Positions 1 through 10,072 of a stretch of DNA of 64,000 nt are shown here, in pieces. The notes beneath the pieces were generated by a model. That model was given only the letters and a program-made list of their open reading frames with translations. It made no database searches and was not told the DNA's origin. The stretch's first letter is position 1, and each line of letters starts with the position of its first letter. The position numbers and the translations under genes are program-made. Origin of the DNA: Bacteroidales bacterium (GTDB lineage: Bacteria > Bacteroidota > Bacteroidia > Bacteroidales > M50B96); assembly GCA_018401015.1 (NCBI GenBank), contig JAGYLP010000008.1, positions 33,944 through 97,943 on the forward strand. Direction: 5' to 3'.

Positions 1-486
1 ATCTTGAAGAGCCTCGGCAAGCTCAACGACAACCAGTTCCTTTTCGTCCCAGCCCAAGCGGGTTTTCACGGTAACCGGCTGGGGAACACGTTTAATAATG
101 GTTTTTGTTATTTCTAATAATTTGGGCAGATCTCGCAGCATTCCTGATCCACCTCCCCGATTAGCGATTTTCTTTACCGGGCAACCAAAATTCAGATCGA
201 TGATATCGGGATTTTGGCTCGAAGCAATATCGGCTGCTTCTGCCATTACGTCCACATCGTTTCCATACAGTTGAATCCCGAAGGGTCGCTCCATTTCGCG
301 ATAGTGCATTTTCTGCAACGACTTGGGTATTTGACGAATCAGCGCGTCGGACGAAACAAATTCAGTATAAACAAAGTCGGCTCCGGCTTCTTTGCACAGA
401 GTCCGAAAAGCCTGATCGCTCACATCCTCCATGGGTGCAAGCAATAAAGCCTCTTTTGGTACGGGTATAGAACCTATTTTTTTCAA
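1..486 (-). CDS. tRNA-dihydrouridine synthase (Dus family), N-terminal part; the gene runs off the left window edge
   Basis: Not in the ORF track because there is no stop in the window. My reverse-complement translation reads LKKIGSIPVPKEALLLAPMEDVSDQAFRTLCKEAGADFVYTEFVSSDALIRQ...FGIQLYGNDVDVMAEAA...DIIDLNFGCPVKKIANRGGGSGMLRD...VTVKTRLGWDE, a Dus/NifR3 TIM-barrel signature. The TTG at 484-486 is a tentative start. The track ORF 214..447(+) is antisense to it. Confidence 0.8.
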   Translation of the reverse strand, partial: MKKIGSIPVPKEALLLAPMEDVSDQAFRTLCKEAGADFVYTEFVSSDALIRQIPKSLQKMHYREMERPFGIQLYGNDVDVMAEAADIASSQNPDIIDLNFGCPVKKIANRGGGSGMLRDLPKLLEITKTIIKRVPQPVTVKTRLGWDEKELVVVELAEALQD

Positions 487-525
487 GCTGTTCGTATATT
501 TGGGCGCAAAAATATACTTTTTACC

Positions 526-1413
526 ATGTTTCGAAACAGCACGCCCGGCTTAAAATTAACCTTATCCGCCCTAACCGTGGTGGTAACCGCACTCTTTGTA
601 TTCTTGTTGGGCATCCTGCTGGCTGTGCCCCTTTTCGATTTAAACTACTTCACTCAATCGGACCTCAGTGCCGTTCAAAACAATCTTTCGGTTCAAAAAT
701 ATTTTCAAATAATCAGCTCGCTGGGCATCTTTGTTATCCCTGCATTTCTGGCCGCTGTCCTACTGGAAAACAGGCCTTTGGAATTCCTCAGCATCAATCA
801 ATCGCCCCGTTTATATGGAGTTATTCTAGCTACCTTTTCGATGTATTTTTTGTTGCCTTTGATTGAGCGCTTGGCTGTGTGGAATGCAGGAATTGAATTA
901 CCTGAAGCGCTTTCCGAAATCGAAGCCTGGATGAAAAGCACCGAGGCCGCTGCCATGGAGCTCACCCAAGAATTCATGCGCATGGAATCAACTAGCGATT
1001 TAGTTTTGAATCTGGTCATGATTGCCTTGCTTCCTGCGCTAGGCGAAGAGCTACTTTTTAGGGGAGTTATTCAGCAATACCTGCAAAAAATGTGGAAAAA
1101 TCCTCACCTGGCTATTTGGATAACGGCTATTCTTTTCAGCCTGCTCCATTTTCAGTTTTATGGATTCTTTCCACGAATGATATTGGGCGCTTTTATGGGC
1201 TATCTTTTTTGGTATTCAGGGAGTATTTGGTTAGCCATTTTAGCTCACCTCATTAACAATGGCACCGCAGTAGTGTATTACTTTTTCAACCAGGACGAGC
1301 TACAACTATCGGCTCTAGAGGGAGAATTATTTTCCTCGCACCCGGCAGTGGTTATTATTTCGAGCCTCTTGTTTATAGTGAGTTTTGGCTTACTAATTCG
1401 AATAAAAAGGTAA
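526..1413 (+). CDS. CPBP family intramembrane glutamic endopeptidase (CAAX-protease-like)
   Basis: 295 aa, multi-TM. Motifs GEELLFRG, LLHFQF and HLINNG correspond to the three CPBP motifs. Confidence 0.85.
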   Translation: MFRNSTPGLKLTLSALTVVVTALFVFLLGILLAVPLFDLNYFTQSDLSAVQNNLSVQKYFQIISSLGIFVIPAFLAAVLLENRPLEFLSINQSPRLYGVILATFSMYFLLPLIERLAVWNAGIELPEALSEIEAWMKSTEAAAMELTQEFMRMESTSDLVLNLVMIALLPALGEELLFRGVIQQYLQKMWKNPHLAIWITAILFSLLHFQFYGFFPRMILGAFMGYLFWYSGSIWLAILAHLINNGTAVVYYFFNQDELQLSALEGELFSSHPAVVIISSLLFIVSFGLLIRIKR

Positions 1414-2214
1414 GCCGGAATTATTTACCGATTCCGAAGGAACCTCTTCAAGGGATTTTTGCTCCTCTTCCTTCAAACGTTTGGCTCGATTCGCAGCCAA
1501 CTTGTCGGCAAAGAGTTTTTTCTTTTCCGCCGGACGATACACATAGACTAACCCGTAGTGCGAAGCCTCATCGCGCTTCACTTCTTCGGAAGAATCGGCA
1601 AAATGCGCTTCTACTTCATTCCAAATCTGAAGGATAATGGCATCGGCCTGATCGCGCATCTCAGAAATCTTCTGCAAAGCTTTGTTGGTAATGATCTGTA
1701 AATCCTTTTGCAGATGATGAGCCGATTTAAACTTCTCATAGTGCACGCGAACAATCGCAGCAGTCGGATTGGTAATAATTTTATTCCCTCGTCGCTGCCG
1801 CTCCTGATCTCCATTCAAAAGCTTTTGACCCCACTCAATGAGTTCTGCATCGCTCGTAATTACCGGAACACTTTTATTATCCCGATCAATTCCGAAAAAT
1901 TCCCTTTCAACTTCCGGTAATTCATTTCTAAGTATCATCAGGTTCATTACCTGAAAGAAATGGGAAATATAAATTCGAGCTTTTTTATTGAGTTCCTGAT
2001 ATTCTTTAGCGCGTGTAACTTGCTTTTTATGAGCTTCTTTCTGACGGGTAATGGATTGCTCATACAAGGGCAGAAAGTTCTTTGCCTTCAGGAGAGCTTG
2101 TTGGGAGAAAGCCAAATCAAATGGCGACTTTTCGGAACTAACCTGAATGGCAGTCCGCAAAGCCTTCAAACGCGCGGCATCGGTATTGGGCAATCTTCTA
2201 TAGGGCATAAGCAA
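1393..2214 (-). CDS. hypothetical protein (soluble, Lys/Glu-rich)
   Basis: 273-aa ORF with no TM segment and no motif I can name. It overlaps the CPBP gene convergently by 21 nt. Confidence 0.6.
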   Translation of the reverse strand: MLMPYRRLPNTDAARLKALRTAIQVSSEKSPFDLAFSQQALLKAKNFLPLYEQSITRQKEAHKKQVTRAKEYQELNKKARIYISHFFQVMNLMILRNELPEVEREFFGIDRDNKSVPVITSDAELIEWGQKLLNGDQERQRRGNKIITNPTAAIVRVHYEKFKSAHHLQKDLQIITNKALQKISEMRDQADAIILQIWNEVEAHFADSSEEVKRDEASHYGLVYVYRPAEKKKLFADKLAANRAKRLKEEEQKSLEEVPSESVNNSGLPFYSN

Positions 2215-2501
2215 TAAGCTTCTTTACGTTCTCTGTCGAAATTCTCTTAACACAAAAGTAAAGTGAATTAACAGGTAATTACAAGTAAGCTCCTGATTTT
2301 TATAAACAAGGCATTGTTAAGAAAGATATTGATAGTCCAGAAGGCTACTCATTAATCGAAAATTTTACGAAAATTTCGAAAATCAACCCCTACTCAAAAC
2401 TATGATTAACAAGCAATTAACCCACCCCACCTACACATTAACCACGGTTTAGCAAGCTAAAGCGACTGAAAAGCAGGGTGTATTAGTTTAAAACAAGGAT
2501 G

Positions 2502-4334
2502 CTAGCTGGTTCGATAAGGATTTGATCGAAAGGACTCCATTGACTTTGAACGAACATTACTGAAAACAAGCACTTCCAACCTCCCATCATTTTGCTTATC
2601 GGAGGGTTGATAGTGCATCACCCTTTCATCGGGCTTGTCTGCTTCCTCCTCATCGGCGGACTCCTCCTCTTTAGCGCTTTCCTCTTGTTCCGGAAGCACC
2701 TCCTCGACAGGTTCTCCTAGAGGTTCAATTACCGGAAGGTTTTCGGCTGGGATCTCAAGGGTATCGGCTCGATTCATGACGGTATCCATCGGCAAGTCGA
2801 GGGTATCATTCTTTAACAGCAGGGTATCACTGGGTAAGCCGAGCGAATCATTCTTCAGCATAAGGCTATCGGTAGGTTGCGAAAGCGAATCCACAGGGGT
2901 TACGGTAGGAATTAAATCGACAGCCGGATTCTCGGGCAGATCGCGTTTAGGCTTGCATCCAAACATAAAATTAAGCCCTGTTCGAAGTTGAATTCGATCG
3001 AAGTTGCCTGGCCAAACCATCGTTTCTTCTTTATCGTAATAGAGTGCATTCACATTTTCAGCAATAGCAAACACCTGCAAACCAGCTAGCTTAAGACCGA
3101 ATCCACCGCCCAAACTCATCGATCCATTCGGATTCGAGGTAGCACTTGCCGATAGGGATAAGATCCTCCAGAAACGCATATTCACCGAACCGGTGTAACT
3201 CAAATAGGTTTTATTATTGAACCGGGTTCCTCGCACTAATCCCGATAGATTTAAGCCCGGGAATAGCTGCAAATCAACTCCCGCATAGTACCGAGGACCG
3301 AAGCTTGAACGATAGGTGTTATTCGTATTGGTAAGCTGAAATACATCCAGCATGCTATCGACCAGGTTTTCCAATTCCTGTTCAAAATTTTCGTCGGAAA
3401 ACAATTCACTGTCAAATTCCAAGTTCAGTCCTTCGAAAAGGAATTCACCATCTTGCTGAATGTTATAAACATTTTGATTCCAGTTGATGTGGTTGAATAA
3501 ATCCAGAGCACTTCCGCTTACTTGCAGCCAATCGAAAACCTGGTAACTAAAACCCAGGTCGAAAGCAAATCCCTTATTCGAATTGCGCATCAAGTAGTTT
3601 TCGAGTAACTGGTCTTGATCTTCTATCAATTCATAACCGGAGATTACCTCGGGGTTATCGGGATCGTACTGAAGCGTTAGCGGTCCGCTAAGATTCACCG
3701 AACCAGCAGAATGCAAGGTCATCTCGTAGGTATCGGGTGCCGTATAAATACCTGCATTCCAATCGCTAAAGCTGAAATTAGCCAGCCCGTTGAGGTATTT
3801 CACTTTTGCTCCTAAGCGCAAGCGATCGCCAAAACTTCTGGAATAACCCAAAGCGTATTCCAGGTACAAGGTTTCTTGAATTCCTGTTCCCGAGAAATCG
3901 GCTGTTTCGCCAATAAACGACTCGTTCCCTCCGGTTGCAAACAAGATAAAATCCTGCGACAAATTCAGGTTCATGTTATTTCGAATGCTGGCATCGAATG
4001 TCCAATACGATTTCCCGGCTCGAAAGCCCATGGAGAACACATTCAGATCCAATTGATTGGCAATGGAGTTAGCGGCGCTGATGCTGGACTCAAACGAATT
4101 TACATTTTCGATGAGATCGCCCACTTTGAAGCCTCGTGCCTGAATTTCAAAATTAATGGAAGAGAGGCCAGGTACGCCCAAATAAAAGCCGCAACTGGCG
4201 GGGAAAGCTGGATTGAGCTGATGTTTATGCTGCATTAAATGCATGTGATACATGGTTACCCCCTGAGAACGAACTTGTTGAGCAAACACTATTAAAAACA
4301 GGATAGCTATGAATGGGAGGAAAATCTTTTTCAT
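2502..4334 (-). CDS. putative outer-membrane beta-barrel protein with weak PorP/SprF-like N-terminal motif and a long acidic, repeat-containing C-terminal tail
   Basis: The track ORF is 2502..4385. I prefer Met18 (ATG at 4334), which gives the signal peptide MKKIFLPFIAILFLIVFAQQVRSQ. The sequence MYHMHLMQHKHQLNPAF resembles the QYMxN...NPAY start of PorP/SprF-type barrels. The body has alternating aromatic/Gly beta-strand-like sequence. The tail contains DSLxLKNDxLxLPxDT repeats and an EEESADEEEAD stretch. Confidence 0.5.
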   Translation of the reverse strand: MKKIFLPFIAILFLIVFAQQVRSQGVTMYHMHLMQHKHQLNPAFPASCGFYLGVPGLSSINFEIQARGFKVGDLIENVNSFESSISAANSIANQLDLNVFSMGFRAGKSYWTFDASIRNNMNLNLSQDFILFATGGNESFIGETADFSGTGIQETLYLEYALGYSRSFGDRLRLGAKVKYLNGLANFSFSDWNAGIYTAPDTYEMTLHSAGSVNLSGPLTLQYDPDNPEVISGYELIEDQDQLLENYLMRNSNKGFAFDLGFSYQVFDWLQVSGSALDLFNHINWNQNVYNIQQDGEFLFEGLNLEFDSELFSDENFEQELENLVDSMLDVFQLTNTNNTYRSSFGPRYYAGVDLQLFPGLNLSGLVRGTRFNNKTYLSYTGSVNMRFWRILSLSASATSNPNGSMSLGGGFGLKLAGLQVFAIAENVNALYYDKEETMVWPGNFDRIQLRTGLNFMFGCKPKRDLPENPAVDLIPTVTPVDSLSQPTDSLMLKNDSLGLPSDTLLLKNDTLDLPMDTVMNRADTLEIPAENLPVIEPLGEPVEEVLPEQEESAKEEESADEEEADKPDERVMHYQPSDKQNDGRLEVLVFSNVRSKSMESFRSNPYRTS

Positions 4335-4395
4335 TGGATGGAAGATTAGCGTAGAAACCTGGATTGAATTTAGGAGCTTTTTCATGGTTCAGGGA

Positions 4396-6480
4396 TTAAT
4401 CGATTTCAGCGTAATAACGAACGAGCAAACCGAGTTGAACATCGAAAGTGTAATCGGAGTAGAACTGAGAAATATCTGCTCCTTCGTTTGCCGTATTCAC
4501 TTTTGCCAGAATTCGGATGAAATTGGTTTGCGCCAGGTGATCAATACGGTTTTTATCCAAAATAAACTTGGTCACTTTTCGATTGGGTTCAATCACCTTC
4601 CCGGAATTATCGACAGCAGCCGGATCGAGCAAATCAATTTCGATTGAATCCAGTCGTGCTTGTTGAATATCATTATAAAGCTCTAGAACACAATCCATTT
4701 CAAACGGAATTCCATTTTCCGTAACAACCGACAATTCAATGTACTCAACATCCTCCAGCGTTTCGGCATCCAAAGTAGTTTCGAGTGTATCGACAAATTG
4801 CAGGTTACTAATGCTCAATGCTAAGGGAAGATCGATTTCCAAGCCAAGTTTCACTTCTCCCTCGTGGGTAATGAAATTGGTGTAAACATATTCATTAGCC
4901 GGAGTTTCGTAGTTCAGATAAGTATTACCAGAGAAGAAAATTTGAGCGGGTATTTGAGAGAGGAATTCACTCAAGTTTGCATTTTGATTATTAATACTTA
5001 CCGGTGTATTTACAATCGATTCGCCAATTACAAGCGGATAAGGAATGGTGAGAACATCGGCATCGAGATCCACGATTGATCCATTGCGCAAAATATTCTG
5101 GATATCCATTTCGAAGGAAACCGGGATGCCCATGTTATTATTAACCAGCAAAGAAATTTCAGGATTTTCGAATAGAATGGTTCCGGATATTTTATCCAGA
5201 AATTCGTCGGCAACGGTAACGGTATCGGCTCCCAAGGCAGCTTCCTGTTTCCCCAACCATCCTCGTGCGTAATCGAATTCCAAATCGATCAAATGATAGG
5301 TAAATGAAACGACCGACGAAGAATCGAATTCAATCCATTGGTTTTGAGCGCCCAAAGTAAGAGCGATATTGACCGGGATTTGGTTGTAGGGATTTTGAGC
5401 ATTACTGCTTAAATCGATCATACAGTTACTTAGATCGATTACATCGCTTTGCGAGGAATTTGCATTGATCTCGATATGAACCGGATCGCCACCAATCGTT
5501 GTTGAGGGCAGGTCCACCTCGACTAAGAAATCGACCGAAAAAGTGCTGGAAAATTCATATTCAAGACGAGCTTCCTGTAAGGCTAACTCTACCAATCGTT
5601 CATCTTTTTCAACGCCAAAATCGATTACCTCTTCAATGAGATCGATACTTTGCTCCGGCAAGCGGGCTTTTCCTGCCACTACTTTTAAATTTTCGCCCAC
5701 CAAGGTAAGGGTGATTCCTGACTGTAGATCGACGGTAACAGCTCCGTTACTCGGTGCTGTTTCAAAGGCAGAAAGTTGAGCTTTGAAAGCATTGTATAAG
5801 GTGACATTGGCTAACTGGATGGTATCGGATATGGTTTCACTGGGAGCTAATCCGGCATAATTGAAGCTACCTAAAGGAATGATTGTTTGGCTTGGATCGA
5901 TGGTTTCTACGTTCAATTGAGCTGAATTTATGCTAAGCGGAAGCTGATTGCTTACGGTTAGAATTAGACGTCCCTCGGAGAAACGCACCCATTCGAAATC
6001 ATCAAAATCGCTGAACTCAAATTCCTGTCCCGAATTGGAAGTCAAAGCCGGCAAGGGAACGGTAAAGCCTTCGAGGGCTCGGATGGAATCGGCTAAGGCA
6101 GTATCCACCTGGTTGAGCATATCGTCGAGCAGTATATCGGCATCGAGTGGTCCAAAGTCATCGATCGCGATTACGCCTAGTTTGAACGTTTCAACACTTG
6201 GGTTTTGCTCTGGCAGTTCGAGTAAATCGGCCACTGTGTATCCTAAAATCGAATCGTTTCGATACACAATCTGAAGGCTACTATCGGCATTTACGACCAC
6301 ATTCTCCATGTCGTCGTCGATAAGGTCGCTAAGGGAAAGGCTTGCCGAGCCAAGTGGAACAGCCAAACCATACTCCAGGCCTTCGAGGTCGGTGGTAGTA
6401 AAATCTCTTTCGCAAGAACTGAGCATTAGCAGCGGAATGGCCAGGCATGCGCCAATAATTATTTTCCAATTAGTTTTCAT
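4396..6480 (-). CDS. large lipoprotein of unknown function
   Basis: 694 aa. Signal peptide plus lipobox (LLMLSS-C-ERDF). Asp/Asn/Ser/Thr-rich with no enzymatic motif. It ends 11-62 nt before the barrel gene on the same strand. Confidence 0.7.
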   Translation of the reverse strand: MKTNWKIIIGACLAIPLLMLSSCERDFTTTDLEGLEYGLAVPLGSASLSLSDLIDDDMENVVVNADSSLQIVYRNDSILGYTVADLLELPEQNPSVETFKLGVIAIDDFGPLDADILLDDMLNQVDTALADSIRALEGFTVPLPALTSNSGQEFEFSDFDDFEWVRFSEGRLILTVSNQLPLSINSAQLNVETIDPSQTIIPLGSFNYAGLAPSETISDTIQLANVTLYNAFKAQLSAFETAPSNGAVTVDLQSGITLTLVGENLKVVAGKARLPEQSIDLIEEVIDFGVEKDERLVELALQEARLEYEFSSTFSVDFLVEVDLPSTTIGGDPVHIEINANSSQSDVIDLSNCMIDLSSNAQNPYNQIPVNIALTLGAQNQWIEFDSSSVVSFTYHLIDLEFDYARGWLGKQEAALGADTVTVADEFLDKISGTILFENPEISLLVNNNMGIPVSFEMDIQNILRNGSIVDLDADVLTIPYPLVIGESIVNTPVSINNQNANLSEFLSQIPAQIFFSGNTYLNYETPANEYVYTNFITHEGEVKLGLEIDLPLALSISNLQFVDTLETTLDAETLEDVEYIELSVVTENGIPFEMDCVLELYNDIQQARLDSIEIDLLDPAAVDNSGKVIEPNRKVTKFILDKNRIDHLAQTNFIRILAKVNTANEGADISQFYSDYTFDVQLGLLVRYYAEID

Positions 6481-6783
6481 ACAGCCAATTACAAGTTAAA
6501 TGAACAATAGCATTGAGTTGCCAATGAGACAAAAGGGGTTGCAGAATTCTGAATAACAATGGGTTGAAAGGATGGCTTGCACCAAAAATTATTGGACGAA
6601 GCCTAATCCGTTTTGATAATTGCCCAAGTATAAAATTATGCTTTATTTTTCAATTGACCCCATGGGAACTATCAAAACTAAAAATTTCTTAAAATGTTCG
6701 ATTCAATTCCATTCGAGTCCTATTTGCCCAGTCTTACGATTGAGTTATTAAGTTTTTTAAAAAGTGGATAATGGGGAATAGGG

Positions 6784-9534
6784 CTATTTTACATCGTATT
6801 GGAGCAAAAAGCCTTGCAAGTTTCCAACCAAGAGGTTAAAACGACCATCTTTATTAAGGGAGCTAATGGAAAACTGCGTTGTACCATTGACCGGGAAGCC
6901 GGAATAAATACTGCCATCGGAATTAACGAGGTAAATAAGCCGTTCCTTCAGGGTTACGACACCCAACTTTTTGACATTCCCGGGAAACTCGTAATACACA
7001 GGAGTATACGTAATGGGCGATTCAAAATCGACAGAAAAAAGTTGATTTCCCCGCCAATCAAACACCATGAGTTTACTTTCGTCGGTAAGTACAAAATCCT
7101 GCTCTCCGTTGCCATTCACATCGGCCAATAAGAAAGTATGTTCGGGCGAGAAATCACCTACATCCACATGCTTGACCTCTCCGTCCATGCCAATAAGTAC
7201 AATTTTCCCCTGGGTATCGGTTACTACAAAACAAGCCGTTTGATCGGGGTTGGTATTATCGAAATACACTGGATTATTCGAAGGACGAAAATCCCGTTTC
7301 GGTTCAATTCGAACTTGTCCGCGCCTATTAAGGATGTGCACCCGGTTCTGATCGGCAAATACAAGGTAATCTTTTCGGTCCTGTTCAAAGTACTTCAAAG
7401 GGTGCTGCACGGGCGATTCGGCCTCTTTGAACGACCAATCGGAAATAAGGTTGCCATCTTTGGCGTACAAAAGCATTTTACGATCGCTTGTAGCTATAAA
7501 AATGCGGTAATCTTTTTTATCCTGATAATCGACCAATGCCAATCCGTTGCTAGCCGGGGAGTGAAGAGCAATTGGATAACGCTTCACATCATTCCCATTC
7601 CGATCGATCCAGTGAATCTTGTCGCGAGTATTGAAGAGATACTGTAGCTTTTCATTTTTAAAATAATCGACCTGAAAAATTTCCGAAATAATAGGGCCTT
7701 CCAACTGCTTCGACCATAAAATCCGGCCAGCAGGATTAATCAGGTAAATCTTATGTTGATGATCTTGTACCAGAATTTCCTTTTCGCGCGTAACATGATT
7801 TTTCACAATGGCAGGCTTGATACTGACCGAAGAATCGAGCGCCAATTGCCAAACCGTTTGGGGTTTATCGCTCACATCGGGGTGATGCTGAATGAACACG
7901 TCGTTGCTAATCATTCCGGCTTGTTTCCCGGTTCCTAATTGCATCGATACACGTTGAAACATCAGTGCTTTGTCGCGATCGTTGTACAACAAGGAATCAT
8001 CGAGCAAGATACTTTGTCGCCACTGCTGAAAACTATTGCGCAAATTGACATAATGAAACTGATTAAACTCCCCACTTAAATGCGCCTCAAAATCGCGGTA
8101 TTCTTTTTCGTTCGAAACGGAGTTTCCACGGAACACTTCGTTTAAATAAGCGACTAAAGAGTGATAATCCTGGGCAAATATCAACACATCGCGATAAAGG
8201 CAAACCCAATTTGCTTGTACCGAACGAAAAGCATCGCCAAAGAGCAAGTAGGGTAAATCAGCAAAAGGGAATTGCCGGATATCAAATGTTGTAGAAGCAT
8301 CCAGCTGATAAGGTTTAGCCCATTGTTCCGTTACGATAGAATTGGAACGATAGAAATCGTCGAGCCACTTTTCAGCAGCACGATTGCTAAAAATATCCAA
8401 TAGGAGGAATCGGGCGTTTTCAGGCGTAAGTGCATCGTAGGCGGTTCGCACAAAAGCAAATTCTTCATCGAGCAGCTCGTAAATCCTTTCATCGATATTG
8501 CCGAAGCCCTGAGTCTTCAATTCTTTCAATCGAACTTCCCGATCGCGAGGCCAGTTACTTTGTTGAGCATGCGACTGTAATTGCCGACCAAACTGTTTAA
8601 ATTCGGCTGCATGATACATGGAATGATTCAGGTGATTAGCAGGGATATAAGAGAGAAGCGACGAATTTCCCTGCTTTTGCTGCATCCAAAACTTAGCACG
8701 CTGCGAAGGATCAGCAGCCGTTAAGGTAAACCCATTGAGGTAGATTCCTTCCGAGGTTGGAATCATATCCCAAGCAGTGTAGGAAGCGAAGCCGGCAGGT
8801 AATTGCGCGAGTACTTCGGGCATGGCAAAAGGTTCGACCGTGAGAAATTCCCCCACTTCCTGGTGATTCACAAATACATTTAAAAGAACATTTCGATTCG
8901 CTACCTGCAAAGCACGCTGCAAGGAGGAATCCGGACTCATCTGGTCGGAACGATTGAGTTGGCGGATCGACTCTTCGAGACAAAACTTATCGCTTGTCCA
9001 AACGCTAATTCCTTTTCGATGGAAAGAATAAATCGGATTGGTTCGATTCAAGGAAAGAGGTGAAATCTGACCGTAGGAAACTTCATCGTAAGTTCCGGCT
9101 TTTTCGACTGACCCCAGCGAGTTGTTGAGCAGCTTGTATTCCGCCCGCGACAGCTCGCCGGTAAAGAGCATTGTAGCATAGTGATTAGCCGAAGGTGAAG
9201 CACTTAACCAAAATTCAGGAATAGTTATCGGGGCTATTTCAGGATGATGTTTTAGGAGTGAATCGATACTTGCAAGCATTTCAATTGTGCGCGACCAGGC
9301 CATCCATTCATGTAAACTTTGTCCTGGCAATCCAATCTTATCTTGCAGGGAGATTAATTCCAGAGCTTGATTAACCCGTAAAATAAGAGGCGATTTTTCC
9401 GGTATCGCAAATAGAACCGGTGCAGTAATTTCGTCGGACGATTCCTGGGACTGGTTCCATAATAAGTAAACAACTCCACTTAGCACCAACCCCAAAATGA
9501 CCAAACTGGCTATTACAATCCTTCTCATTTGCAT
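6784..9534 (-). CDS. membrane-anchored protein of unknown function with C-terminal beta-propeller / FG-GAP-like repeats
   Basis: 916 aa with one N-terminal TM (IVIASLVILGLVLSGVVYLLW). The C-terminal ~350 aa has repeated beta-strand blades and a DVNGNGEQDFV (FG-GAP/VCBS-like) motif. The start is 11 nt after the aroK stop. Confidence 0.65.
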   Translation of the reverse strand: MQMRRIVIASLVILGLVLSGVVYLLWNQSQESSDEITAPVLFAIPEKSPLILRVNQALELISLQDKIGLPGQSLHEWMAWSRTIEMLASIDSLLKHHPEIAPITIPEFWLSASPSANHYATMLFTGELSRAEYKLLNNSLGSVEKAGTYDEVSYGQISPLSLNRTNPIYSFHRKGISVWTSDKFCLEESIRQLNRSDQMSPDSSLQRALQVANRNVLLNVFVNHQEVGEFLTVEPFAMPEVLAQLPAGFASYTAWDMIPTSEGIYLNGFTLTAADPSQRAKFWMQQKQGNSSLLSYIPANHLNHSMYHAAEFKQFGRQLQSHAQQSNWPRDREVRLKELKTQGFGNIDERIYELLDEEFAFVRTAYDALTPENARFLLLDIFSNRAAEKWLDDFYRSNSIVTEQWAKPYQLDASTTFDIRQFPFADLPYLLFGDAFRSVQANWVCLYRDVLIFAQDYHSLVAYLNEVFRGNSVSNEKEYRDFEAHLSGEFNQFHYVNLRNSFQQWRQSILLDDSLLYNDRDKALMFQRVSMQLGTGKQAGMISNDVFIQHHPDVSDKPQTVWQLALDSSVSIKPAIVKNHVTREKEILVQDHQHKIYLINPAGRILWSKQLEGPIISEIFQVDYFKNEKLQYLFNTRDKIHWIDRNGNDVKRYPIALHSPASNGLALVDYQDKKDYRIFIATSDRKMLLYAKDGNLISDWSFKEAESPVQHPLKYFEQDRKDYLVFADQNRVHILNRRGQVRIEPKRDFRPSNNPVYFDNTNPDQTACFVVTDTQGKIVLIGMDGEVKHVDVGDFSPEHTFLLADVNGNGEQDFVLTDESKLMVFDWRGNQLFSVDFESPITYTPVYYEFPGNVKKLGVVTLKERLIYLVNSDGSIYSGFPVNGTTQFSISSLNKDGRFNLLVGNLQGFLLQYDVK

Positions 9535-9545
9535 TTATTCCTTAG

Positions 9546-10070
9546 TTAACGGCTTGTTCGCATGCTCCATGCTATCATTTCCAACACTCGGTCGAAGTTC
9601 AGATTTAATGCATCAATTTGCAAATTTGCTTGCTCATAATAAGGAGATCTTTCTTCAAGTTTCTGCTTAACAAACGCGGCTAGCTCCTCGGGATTCATTC
9701 CTTTTACAGCAGGACGTATATTCGGTGTATGGACCAATCGGTGCAGCAAAACGGCAGGTTCAAGGTAAAGATACACAGTTAGTCCTTGTTGATTCATTTG
9801 CTCCATATTATCAGAAAAGCAGGGTGTTCCACCGCCTGCAGCCAGAATGGCATTCTCTTGTTGTAAGACCTCCAGCAAGGCTTCGCGCTCCCACAGTCGA
9901 AACTGATTTTCGCCAAACTGTTCAAAGATCCCAGAAACAGATAGCTGATGTTTGCTCTCGATATATTGGTCTAAATCGACAAAGGATCGATTCATCCGAT
10001 GGGCTAATCGGCGACCCAGGGTGGACTTTCCACTACCCATAAAACCGATGAGAACAATAGTTCTGTCCAT
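9546..10070 (-). CDS. aroK: shikimate kinase
   Basis: 174 aa with P-loop GFMGSGKSTLGRRLA followed by DLD...GGG. Confidence 0.9.
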   Translation of the reverse strand: MDRTIVLIGFMGSGKSTLGRRLAHRMNRSFVDLDQYIESKHQLSVSGIFEQFGENQFRLWEREALLEVLQQENAILAAGGGTPCFSDNMEQMNQQGLTVYLYLEPAVLLHRLVHTPNIRPAVKGMNPEELAAFVKQKLEERSPYYEQANLQIDALNLNFDRVLEMIAWSMRTSR

Positions 10071-10072
10071 TC

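Noticed and set aside
214-447. Track ORF 214..447 (+), 77 aa
   Set aside because: It is antisense to the clearly recognisable Dus-family reading frame on the minus strand.
2635-2991. Ser-rich ORFs on the plus strand (2635..2991; also 10083..10400 and neighbours)
   Set aside because: These are mirror images of the Glu/Asp-rich tails of the minus-strand barrel and ParC genes (GAA/GAT codons read as TTC/ATC/TCx). They are compositional artefacts.
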